In this document: positions 1-7,865 of the stretch, in pieces | Position numbering within the stretch: position 1 is the first letter of the stretch | Layout: each line of letters begins with the position of its first letter | Made by a program: the position numbers and the translations under genes | NCBI GenBank assembly: GCA_040220235.1 | Contig: JAVJTO010000100.1 | Length of the DNA: 33,893 bases | Reading direction: 5' to 3' (one strand) | DNA from: Coleofasciculus sp. B1-GNL1-01 | GTDB lineage: Bacteria > Cyanobacteriota > Cyanobacteriia > Cyanobacteriales > Coleofasciculaceae | The notes under the pieces: model-generated | Seen by the model: the letters and a program-made list of their open reading frames with translations, nothing else | What the model was told of the DNA's origin: nothing | Database searches by the model: none

Positions 1-976
1 GCGGTGAAAATGATTTTGGAAGGAAAATCATATCGTGAAGTCAAAGAACTATTAAAAGTTTCTCACAGTTTTATAAGCCAATGGAAAAACCAAGCGCTTT
101 TTCAGGGTGTGGAAAGTTTAAAACTTCAATATAAAGGCAGAGCAGGTTACTTAAAGCCTGAAGAAAAAGACCAAACGATTCAGTGGTTGAGAGAACAAGA
201 TTATCTAAGATTGTCAGATTTGCAAGGTTATTTACGGGAGCAATATAATGTGGTTTTTGAGTCCAATCAAAGTTATTATAGTTTATTCAAAGAGGCTGAA
301 GTAAGTTGGAAAAAGACTCAAAAAAAGAATCCAGCTAAAAATGATGAATTAGTCAAAGCTAAAAAAAAAGAAATAGAGGTAAGGCTAGAAAAATGGAAAC
401 CGGAAATAGAAGCTGGAAACCGGACGGTGCTTATGCTGGACGAATGTCATTTGCTGTGGGGTGATTTGTTAGGTTATGCGTGGGGAAGAACAGATACAAG
501 AATAGAAGTTAAGATAAAAAATGAAAAAGAGAGACAGACTTATTATGGGGCTTTAGATTATCAAACTAAAGAGTTCATGGTTAAAGAATACAAAAGTGGG
601 AACAGCGAAAATACTATCGATTTTATCGAATATTTACAAAGGCAACGACCCGGGAAAAAATTATCGATATTTTGGGATGGTGCAACTTACCATGATTCTA
701 AACAGTTTCGAGAATACTTAACGAAAATTAATCAAGGTTTATCAGAAGAAGACTGGTTGATAACTTGTACAAAATTTGCTCCGAATGCTCCAGAGCAAAA
801 CCCTGTAGAAGATATTTGGCTGCAAGTCAAAACTTTCATTAGACAATTTTATCATCTTTGCAGCTCTTTTAAAATAGTTAAGTGGCTATTTAAGTTTTTT
901 GCTGATGGTCAAATATTCGAGTTCCCAAAAATTTTTCAGTACGGAATTTTGCCACAATCTATTTAGGATTGCTATA
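1..976 (+). mobile_element. IS630-family element; right end ...TTTAGGATTGCTATA at about 961-976
   Basis: Transposase ORF ends inside a terminus finishing in TA (IS630 target dinucleotide); left end is outside the window. Confidence 0.7.
4..966 (+). CDS. IS630-family transposase (HTH + DDE domain), probably 5'-truncated by the window edge
   Basis: N-terminal HTH; DDE motifs LDEC / FWDGATYH / PEQNPVEDIW typical of IS630/Tc1. Confidence 0.9.
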   Translation: MKMILEGKSYREVKELLKVSHSFISQWKNQALFQGVESLKLQYKGRAGYLKPEEKDQTIQWLREQDYLRLSDLQGYLREQYNVVFESNQSYYSLFKEAEVSWKKTQKKNPAKNDELVKAKKKEIEVRLEKWKPEIEAGNRTVLMLDECHLLWGDLLGYAWGRTDTRIEVKIKNEKERQTYYGALDYQTKEFMVKEYKSGNSENTIDFIEYLQRQRPGKKLSIFWDGATYHDSKQFREYLTKINQGLSEEDWLITCTKFAPNAPEQNPVEDIWLQVKTFIRQFYHLCSSFKIVKWLFKFFADGQIFEFPKIFQYGILPQSI

Positions 977-1069
977 AGTATGTAGGCTCTTAGATGTCAG
1001 GGCACGCAAGGCGCGATCGCACGGTCTGTTGAGTCAAAGAAAATAACCTCCTTTTTGAACGGTATTCAA

Positions 1070-1142
1070 CGCCCCCACCAGGATTTGAACCTAGAACTCT
1101 CAGCTTAGAAGGCTGCTGCTCTATCCCTTGAGCTATGGGGGC
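1070..1142 (-). tRNA. trnR: tRNA-Arg(UCU)
   Basis: GCCCCCA/TGGGGGC acceptor, GCTC/GAGC D-stem, anticodon loop CT-TCT-AA, T-loop TTCAAAT; no encoded CCA. Confidence 0.92.
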
Positions 1143-1166
1143 TTATATTTCGTCATTTGTCATTTG

Positions 1167-2009
1167 TCATTCGGCTGAAAAGCGATTGTGGAATTCGGTG
1201 ATTATCCTTTTTTGTTTGGTTGAATCAAGGACAGAAAATAACACTTTTTTGAATTGTCCCAAAAATTGACCATTGGGTAATAGAAAATCAGCAAACATTT
1301 GGGCAACCATTGAGGGTTCATTCTGAAAAACGCCACACCCCCAAGCGCCTAAAACGAGTGCATCACATCCCTGTTCAACTGCTAAACTCAACACTTTAGC
1401 ACCACGACTATACAAAACATCACCTAGTCTTGACCCATCTTTTGGTTGATTGCGCCAAATTGCACCCGCATTGGGAGCAGGACTTGTAATAAAATCGACA
1501 CAATAGGGTTGCTCTAGTAATGTGCCATCATCTTTACGAAAAATTGGACAACCTGGGGAATAAATGATCCGATCTGAGTAGAGGAGTGATTTATGGGAAC
1601 GATGATAGTCATAATAGTCTGGACATTTTAACAAGCTTTTATAGAGGGCAGAGCTTCTAGCTAGACTTTCTTCCTGGGCTTGTGCGCCCTTGATAAAGCC
1701 ACCGCCAGGGTTTTTAGCTGAAGCAAAGTTGAGGACGCCAATCTTGTGAAACTGTTGAGATTGTGCCATGCGTTCTGATCCGATTAAAGTTGTTTCATTC
1801 CTGACCTCAAATTCAGTTGTAGAGAATTTGGGAGTGCTGGAGAGAACATTTTGTTCGAGAGTCGAGAGGCTGTCTGGGTCATAGTATTTTGTCTGCGCCA
1901 AACAAGCGTTTAAATCTTGAGTAATATCAACCCGTTGACCCGTCGGAGAGTCGTAATAGCCAGCATCAAGAATCTTGAGTGTATCTTGCGCGATCGCCAT
2001 CCGGTTCAT
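1167..2009 (-). CDS. TIGR02452 family / bacterial PARG-like macrodomain protein (DUF2263)
   Basis: Motifs LNFASAKNPGGGF..GAQAQEESLARSS and LVLGAWGCGVF.N characteristic of bacterial-type PARG. Confidence 0.88.
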   Translation of the reverse strand: MNRMAIAQDTLKILDAGYYDSPTGQRVDITQDLNACLAQTKYYDPDSLSTLEQNVLSSTPKFSTTEFEVRNETTLIGSERMAQSQQFHKIGVLNFASAKNPGGGFIKGAQAQEESLARSSALYKSLLKCPDYYDYHRSHKSLLYSDRIIYSPGCPIFRKDDGTLLEQPYCVDFITSPAPNAGAIWRNQPKDGSRLGDVLYSRGAKVLSLAVEQGCDALVLGAWGCGVFQNEPSMVAQMFADFLLPNGQFLGQFKKVLFSVLDSTKQKRIITEFHNRFSAE

Positions 2010-2036
2010 AAGTAATAATTTATACCTTATACGTCA

Positions 2037-2160
2037 ATTGTAGGGGCGAGTTTAGGAACAATTGTAGGGGCGGGTTTAGGGACTAAAGTCAGCTATTCAC
2101 CACTAACGAAACAACAAAACCCGCCCTCCCCACCGATAAATGAACAACAAAACCCGCCCT
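2037..2160. repeat. REP-like nested palindromic repeat (GTAGGGGCGGGTTT ... AAAACCCGCCCT)
   Basis: Two left arms followed by two right arms; closely related copy at about 21300-21431. Confidence 0.75.
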
Positions 2161-2318
2161 GAGTCATCAATCATCAACTAAAAAATCTGATGCTAGAATT
2201 AATTAATCTTGCATTAGTATCAACTTAAGGTGAACGGCGCCCTCCTTAAGCAAACTTGGAAGCCAGGAAATAAATTTCCGGAACCTAAAGCTCAAGTAAG
2301 CTTTAGCTTACTACATGA

Positions 2319-2381
2319 AAGGCTTTGAACCCGTTTTAACGGGTTTTAGCTTTTAGCCCGAACTTTAGTTCAGGGCATAAG
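2319..2381. repeat. 63-bp double-hairpin dispersed repeat, copy 1
   Basis: AACCCGTT-TT-AACGGGTT and GCCC.GAAC..GTTC.GGGC hairpins; about 6 mismatches to the copy at 6604-6666. Confidence 0.8.
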
Positions 2382-2403
2382 TTGACTTACTCCCCCGAAA
2401 ACT

Positions 2404-5400
2404 ATGTCCTCGCCACGCCCTGTGAGAATTGAACTCACTATTTCTGCCTCCAATCCCAAGTTGCTCGAAGGTCTAGATACCTGGTTGCGCTTGGGTTTAA
2501 TCAATGATGCCCAAGTTAAGCAATTAAGTCGAATCTCTCTATCTTGTCATCTCCCTGAACCAGAGATTCCGCCGCTTCCATCTCGCCCCCAATCCCGGAA
2601 GGTGGAAACCAAGGTAGAGGAACCCGTTCCTACTGTCTCACCCTTATCCCGTGTCTGGCAGTCATGGCAAGAGGAACTGAGTGTGCGCTGGCTGCTGTTT
2701 TTGGGTGTCTTTCTAGTTGTTGTCTCCTCCGGTGTCTTAGCCGCGACTCAATGGCAGAATTTTCCGCCAGCGGGACAGTATGGTGTGTTATGGACATATA
2801 CCGTTATCTTTTGGGGAATTAGCCTGTGGGCGGGAAAACGTTCTAATTTAAAATTAACCTCTCAAACCTTGCAACTGATTTCCCTGCTTTTAGTCCCGGT
2901 GAATTTTTGGGCGATGGATGGTTTTGGGTTATGGCGTCATTCCTGGGAATGGATTGTTGTGGGGGTGGCGGCGTTAAGTTTAACGGGAATTACGGTTATC
3001 AATCCGTCTATCCAAACCAACTCATTCCGGCTTACCTCCCGCGCTTCTCTAATTTTATGGTTGAGTTATCTACATTGGGGTTGGAATTGGTCACAGGTTC
3101 CATTAGTCGCTGTTTATTTAGGTGTCATCGGCACCGCGATTTTTCTCCCCTCCGCCACTTCAACCCCTCGCGCTTCCCCATCTGTGCCGAATAATGCACC
3201 CACGGGTAGTTTAGTGGTGATTTATGCCCTCACTGTGTTATTAGGACGGGCAATTTTCGTGATGAATGTGCCAATTACCCAACTCGGTTTGGCAATGGGA
3301 ATTTGTGGTTGGTTGTTGGCGCGACAGGGAAAACCTCCAGCCGTCTCACGAGAGTCTGTTTCCTCCTTTAGTACAAAAGTCTGGGATGGAATTGGCGGTG
3401 GATTACTGTTGATGGGTTGGTTAGTTTCGGTAGGAGAAGAAATTCCTTGGCAAGCCACGGTGGTTAGTGGGTTGGCGATTGGTTTTTTCGCCCAGCGCTT
3501 ACAGTATTCTCGGCGGCGTCTGGATTTAGCTGCCATCTTTTTGATTGGCTTGCAAACGCTGTTTTTACTATGGCGATTAATCCCGTTGGCGGTACAAGAG
3601 GAGGTAGTCAGTTTCCTCTCTCAACAGGTGGGTTCAAACGTGGAAGCCTGTTGGGGTGTCGTCCTATTTCCCTACATTATTCTCTGGGTAGGTTTGACCG
3701 ATTGGTTCTATCGAAAGTCGAACCCTAAATTAGCCCGGTTTGGAGAAGGACTCACATTAGGATTGGGTGTGATGTTAACGGTAATCAGTAGCCTGAATCC
3801 GACGGCGCGATCGCTTAATCTATTACTCTCCACTGTCACCCTTGCTATTGTTACCCATCGCCGCCCTCCTCTGCGAATTCCTCTGGTTTATCTTACCCAT
3901 ATCGCCGGATTATTAACCCTCTGTTCGTTTATCGATGGATGGTTTCCAACTCTCAGCGAACCTCGATGGGCAAGTCTATTGTTGGCGTTAATGGTGGCAG
4001 AATGGAGTCTGAGTATAAAGCAGGAAGGGCAAACGGTAGAAGCAAATTCTCCATCTCTTGTCCCCAAACAGAGTTGGTATCTAAGTTGTTGGCACATTGG
4101 TTTTGTCCTCGCTGGAATCAGTTATGTATTACTGGCTGGGGAAAGTGTTACCTATTTGATTTCCTTTCCCACGCACCCTTGGGGACTTTTATGGTTACTC
4201 ACCCCATTAACCTTAACTGGAGTTGCCAGTCTGAGGATGCGATCGCGGCGCATTCAGGCTGCTTCGTGGAGTGCGATCGCTTTATTTCTTGCCCAATGGC
4301 TAACCCTATTCCAACCGCAGATTCGACTGATCGGCTTAGGGGTTGCCACAGTGTTAATGTTCCTGAATAGTCGCTATTTACGCCAAACGGTAGCCGCCGT
4401 CATTACAATTGGTTTTGCCCTCAGCTTTTTGGCAGCATGGCTATGGCAAGGAATTCCTGGATTACCAACCCTATCCATCGCTGATTGGTATGTAGTGGGC
4501 GCGATCGCAAGTTTCGGATTATGGCTGCTACGGGCTAGCTTAATTCCCCATTCTAACGATTTAGCCACATTGTACGCCCAAGTCTCGGATGGATGGGCAA
4601 TTGCCTTGTCTTGTACAGAATTAGGCTTTCTGACGCTGCACAGTACCCAGAGTTACGTCGAACTGATTCCATCCAGTTGGCATTACCTAGCCGCATCAAT
4701 ATTAATTGGCGGTGCGATTTGGTTTCGCTGTTGGCGATCATTTACAGAATTTGGTGTCTATGGCATCAGTTGGGCAATCGAATTAGCGATCGCATATACG
4801 ATTCTGTTACGAAATGGTTCAACCTTAACCTTAGCTACTGCCAATATTATCCTGGCACTTGTGATACTATTCCTCACTGATTGGTGGTTTGCCCGTTTAG
4901 AAGGCGACACAGAGGAACCTGTAGGCGCGTCTAGGGATGCACTGGCGGGTTTACCCTTAATTTATGCCCTAATTGGCATTAGTTTACGGTGGACGTATTT
5001 CACCCCTTATACCGGGTTACTCACCCTCGGTGCAGCGTTAACCGGGATAGGCGTAGGGCGTCGCCGTCTTCCCTGGAAAGGGATCACCTACCTCTCTCTA
5101 GCGGGTATTTCCATTGCTTGGTATGAACTGGTGATTTACCAGATGATGCAAGCCGAGGGCGGAAATCCAGCGGATGGCTTTACCATACTAGCGGGTGTTG
5201 CGGCTGCGATCGCGGTTATTTATCGGGTGTTGGCTTGGTTTTGGCAATCACGCGATCGTTCCACCCTTCTCAACCTCAGTATCACTGAAATTAAAATCAC
5301 CGCCCACATTCACTGGGTAATTGCCAGTTTACTGATGGTGTTAACGGCGGGAATGTCGGTGTTAACCACACCAAACCTGAGAACCATCGGACTTGGCATA

Positions 5401-6321
5401 AGTTGGGGACTAGCTATTTATGCCTTATTACAGGGGCGTACAAGACAAAAACGCCAGTTATCTCCCTCATCTTCCCCATCTCCCAGACGCGCCATGGCAC
5501 GTCTCTACATTGCTGCTAACCTCTGGATATACGCCGGATTAACCGAAGTCGCCGCCACAGGTGTTTATGCGCGTTTGACATGGACACAGTTGAGTATATT
5601 TGACCCCTGGAGAGGGGTAATGGCTTGTTTATTCGCGATCGCGCTTTTTCAACTACCCTGGCGACGCTGGGGATGGAATGATAAACCTTGGCAACATTAC
5701 GCCATCATCTCTCCTTTGCTAACGGTTTGTCTCAATTATCAAAACCTATCTCCAATCAATTTACTGGCAGTTGCCGGGTTTTATGCCTGGGTTGCCAACC
5801 GCCAGTCTAATTTACGCTGGACATATTTGAGTCTATTTTTCGTTGATTGGGCAATCTGGCGGGTTTTAGTCAATCAACAAATAACTGAACCCTTGTGGTA
5901 TGCTGCCTTAATTGGCGGATCTTGTCTCTACATTGCCCAAATTGATCCAGAGTTAAGACGTCCCGGAAAACGACAAACTCGTCACTACTTCCGCTTACTG
6001 GGTAGTAGCATCATTTGTTTAGCCGCCTTATTTTTCCATCGAGACATTGGACTGATTCCGGGAATCATTAGCTTGGTTGCCATATTTGCTGGATTAGGAC
6101 TGCGAATTCGGGCATTTTTAATAGTTGGAACTGCCACATTTGTTCTTACCGTATTTTACCAATTAGTTGTTTTGAGTTTTGATTATCCCTTTTCTAAATG
6201 GGTCATTGGCTTAATCGCTGGCATCATTTTTATTAGCATTGCCGCTAACTTTGAACAGCGACGGGAGCAAATTCTGGGCATTTTCCAAAACTGGGCGAAC
6301 CAGTGGCGAGAATGGGAATAG
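2404..6321 (+). CDS. Large polytopic membrane protein (DUF2157-like)
   Basis: 1305 aa; N-terminal LDTWLRLGLI and WLLFLGVFLVVVSSGVLAA segments, many hydrophobic helices. Confidence 0.8.
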   Translation: MSSPRPVRIELTISASNPKLLEGLDTWLRLGLINDAQVKQLSRISLSCHLPEPEIPPLPSRPQSRKVETKVEEPVPTVSPLSRVWQSWQEELSVRWLLFLGVFLVVVSSGVLAATQWQNFPPAGQYGVLWTYTVIFWGISLWAGKRSNLKLTSQTLQLISLLLVPVNFWAMDGFGLWRHSWEWIVVGVAALSLTGITVINPSIQTNSFRLTSRASLILWLSYLHWGWNWSQVPLVAVYLGVIGTAIFLPSATSTPRASPSVPNNAPTGSLVVIYALTVLLGRAIFVMNVPITQLGLAMGICGWLLARQGKPPAVSRESVSSFSTKVWDGIGGGLLLMGWLVSVGEEIPWQATVVSGLAIGFFAQRLQYSRRRLDLAAIFLIGLQTLFLLWRLIPLAVQEEVVSFLSQQVGSNVEACWGVVLFPYIILWVGLTDWFYRKSNPKLARFGEGLTLGLGVMLTVISSLNPTARSLNLLLSTVTLAIVTHRRPPLRIPLVYLTHIAGLLTLCSFIDGWFPTLSEPRWASLLLALMVAEWSLSIKQEGQTVEANSPSLVPKQSWYLSCWHIGFVLAGISYVLLAGESVTYLISFPTHPWGLLWLLTPLTLTGVASLRMRSRRIQAASWSAIALFLAQWLTLFQPQIRLIGLGVATVLMFLNSRYLRQTVAAVITIGFALSFLAAWLWQGIPGLPTLSIADWYVVGAIASFGLWLLRASLIPHSNDLATLYAQVSDGWAIALSCTELGFLTLHSTQSYVELIPSSWHYLAASILIGGAIWFRCWRSFTEFGVYGISWAIELAIAYTILLRNGSTLTLATANIILALVILFLTDWWFARLEGDTEEPVGASRDALAGLPLIYALIGISLRWTYFTPYTGLLTLGAALTGIGVGRRRLPWKGITYLSLAGISIAWYELVIYQMMQAEGGNPADGFTILAGVAAAIAVIYRVLAWFWQSRDRSTLLNLSITEIKITAHIHWVIASLLMVLTAGMSVLTTPNLRTIGLGISWGLAIYALLQGRTRQKRQLSPSSSPSPRRAMARLYIAANLWIYAGLTEVAATGVYARLTWTQLSIFDPWRGVMACLFAIALFQLPWRRWGWNDKPWQHYAIISPLLTVCLNYQNLSPINLLAVAGFYAWVANRQSNLRWTYLSLFFVDWAIWRVLVNQQITEPLWYAALIGGSCLYIAQIDPELRRPGKRQTRHYFRLLGSSIICLAALFFHRDIGLIPGIISLVAIFAGLGLRIRAFLIVGTATFVLTVFYQLVVLSFDYPFSKWVIGLIAGIIFISIAANFEQRREQILGIFQNWANQWREWE

Positions 6322-6425
6322 AAACTAACAATGTTCTAGGGTGAATGGTACTGACTTGTATAGGAATGTAGCTGACTCATATAGCCAGGAAATAAATGAT
6401 GCTGTTGGTTAATTCACTAAAGAAA

Positions 6426-6533
6426 AGACCCCTCCCAAAACCCCTCCCCGACGCAGGGAGGGGCTTTTCCAGCTCCCCCTTCCCACCCCTTCGGGGAAGC
6501 AAGCTACGCAGGGAAGGGGGCTGGGGGGTTAGG
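6426..6533. repeat. GC-rich palindromic repeat (CCCCTCCCC..GGGGAGGG / CCCCCTTCCC..GGGAAGGGGG) with a small internal insert
   Basis: Stacked inverted repeats between convergent units; related short copies at about 17020-17073 and 21470-21527. Confidence 0.65.
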
Positions 6534-6603
6534 TTGTTCGACTGTGCCAACAGCATCATAAATTGCAGCGTCAAAGCTAAAGTAAGAATCGAACTTACAG
6601 GAG

Positions 6604-6666
6604 AAGCCTTTGAACCCGTTTCAACGGGTTTAAGCTTTTAGCCCCAACTTTAGTTGAGGGCTTAAG
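6604..6666. repeat. 63-bp double-hairpin dispersed repeat, copy 2 (could also terminate the tRNA operon)
   Basis: Direct-orientation match to 2319-2381 with compensatory change GAAC/GTTC to CAAC/GTTG. Confidence 0.8.
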
Positions 6667-6780
6667 GAGCTATCCAAACGGGGAAATTCACCTAAATTAA
6701 GAATGAAATGCTGACCACTCAGCCAGGTGGAAACCTCAAGGTTTTATGGAACCTATAACCAATACCCTGGATTTTATCGA

Positions 6781-6865
6781 TCGTTAACCTTTATGGTTTG
6801 AGGGTTGATGGTCTAACCTTTAACAATTGAAGTTTAAGCGTTAAGCGTTGAGCGTTAAGCTTTAA
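6781..6865 (-). repeat. Twelve phased degenerate heptamers, consensus TYAAnnn
   Basis: TTAAAGC TTAACGC TCAACGC TTAACGC TTAAACT TCAATTG TTAAAGG TTAGACC (A) TCAACCC TCAAACC ATAAAGG TTAACGA. Confidence 0.85.
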
Positions 6866-6871
6866 AGGTAG

Positions 6872-6948
6872 TGGAAGATGGAGTCGGTTGCGAATCGACA
6901 CCTCATGCTTCTCCTAGCATGTGCTCTACGCACTTGAGCTATCCATCT
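6872..6948 (-). ncRNA. tRNA-like element / pseudo-tRNA with 8-nt anticodon loop, ending in CCA
   Basis: AGATGGA/TCCATCT acceptor + T + CCA; TA-GCTC..GAGC D-arm; CATGC-TAGGAGAA-GCATG; T-arm GTCGA-TTCGCAA-CCGAC. Confidence 0.75.
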
Positions 6949-6992
6949 AAATCCATAAATTTAGAGATTTTCGAGTGACCAGCAATTCTATT

Positions 6993-7622
6993 TTAGTCGG
7001 GAATCTCAATCATGGTGCGGGCATTACTAATTGAAAGTACCCGGTCAACCGTTGATTTAAACTCCTCAACAAATGCTTGCCGTCTTTCAATATCTTCTGC
7101 CAGATTAGTGGGATCGAGTAGTTCTACGCCTTCTCGTTCTAAGAAGCTATCCGCCAGAGATTGATATTTTTCAGACGCAGCATTTTTACCCAACACCTCC
7201 TTAGCTAACTTATCCAGTCGCTCTTTCACTCGCGTTTGAGCAGCTTTGTACTCATTTTTAGTGCGAGTATACACCGACACCATCGTGTGAAAAACTGCCT
7301 CATAGTACAAGATAAAATTTTTCATCTCGATAGCTTCAGCCACCGTCATTTCTTGACCCGCGACGGAAACCATGGTGGAGGCATTCGACAAAACAACGGC
7401 TCGTTTAATGGTGCGTCGTCTGTCAATTAAAGCATCAACTCGTTGTAAAGCGGCGCGTGCTTTAGAGGCATGGTCTTCTCGTGATTTGTAGCCTGTTGGC
7501 ACTTTGCCGACTTCCACAACAGCAATTAACGTATTATTATCTAAATTCCCTCGTGCCGAATCAATCCGCTTTTCCAACAGCGTCAATTCTGCCAAAGCAT
7601 CAGTTACCGTCATCGTCGTCAT
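6993..7622 (-). CDS. Hypothetical alpha-helical/coiled-coil protein, possibly distantly related to the DIP1984/DUF6847 family
   Basis: 209 aa; strong SD TAAGGAGGT 6 nt before ATG; internal repeat MTVTDAL...SNASTMV / MTVAEAI...SNARTMI; family link is by motif recall only. Confidence 0.8.
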   Translation of the reverse strand: MTTMTVTDALAELTLLEKRIDSARGNLDNNTLIAVVEVGKVPTGYKSREDHASKARAALQRVDALIDRRRTIKRAVVLSNASTMVSVAGQEMTVAEAIEMKNFILYYEAVFHTMVSVYTRTKNEYKAAQTRVKERLDKLAKEVLGKNAASEKYQSLADSFLEREGVELLDPTNLAEDIERRQAFVEEFKSTVDRVLSISNARTMIEIPD

Positions 7623-7670
7623 TTCTACACCTCCTTAATCTGAAAAACAAAACCTCCAGCATAGTGACTA

Positions 7671-7742
7671 AGCAGGTGGCGAGAGTCGAACTCGCATCGG
7701 AAGGATACGACGCTTCTATGCTAGCCATTACACCACACCTGC
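7671..7742 (-). tRNA. Atypical tRNA: Gly-like body with CGU (Thr) at the anticodon position; possible pseudo-tRNA
   Basis: GCAGGTG/CACCTGC + U73; anticodon arm GAAGC-GTCGTAT-CCTTC with C31-C39 mismatch; T-loop TTCGACT. Confidence 0.65.
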
Positions 7743-7746
7743 ATTT

Positions 7747-7823
7747 TGGTGGCGGGGGCAGGAGTTGCACCTGCTGATATCCAGGATATGAGCCTAGCAA
7801 GCCACTGTTGCTTCATCCCCGCG
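7747..7823 (-). tRNA. tRNA-fMet(CAU)-like, atypical
   Basis: CGCGGGG/CCCCGCC with C1-C72 mismatch, loop CT-CAT-AT, T-loop TGCAACT, encoded ACCA. Confidence 0.75.
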
Positions 7824-7832
7824 TATCACCAA

Positions 7833-7857
7833 TACCCCTGACTGGACTCGAACCAGC
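7833..7857 (-). pseudogene. 3' tRNA fragment (T-arm + acceptor 3' strand)
   Basis: GCTGG-TTCGAGT-CCAGT-CAGGGGT-A with no adjacent D or anticodon arm. Confidence 0.7.
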
Positions 7858-7865
7858 TCCCGTTA

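Larger units (their letters stand above)
6705..6988 (-). ncRNA. Putative structured ncRNA (about 280 nt): terminal helix, tRNA-like domain, 12 x 7-nt repeats, 3' structured domain
   Basis: 5' UGCUGGUCACUC (6984-6973) pairs with 3' GAGUGGUCAGCA (6720-6709), with two G-U pairs that work only on the minus strand; no ORF; begins 4-8 nt after the stop of the 209-aa gene. Confidence 0.6.

Noticed and set aside
6377..6641. ORFs 6377-6574 (-) and 6396-6641 (+)
   Set aside because: They translate GC-rich palindromic repeats; no protein-like features
6781..6865. Heptamer tract as a CRISPR array
   Set aside because: Units are 7 nt with no spacers; no cas genes in the window
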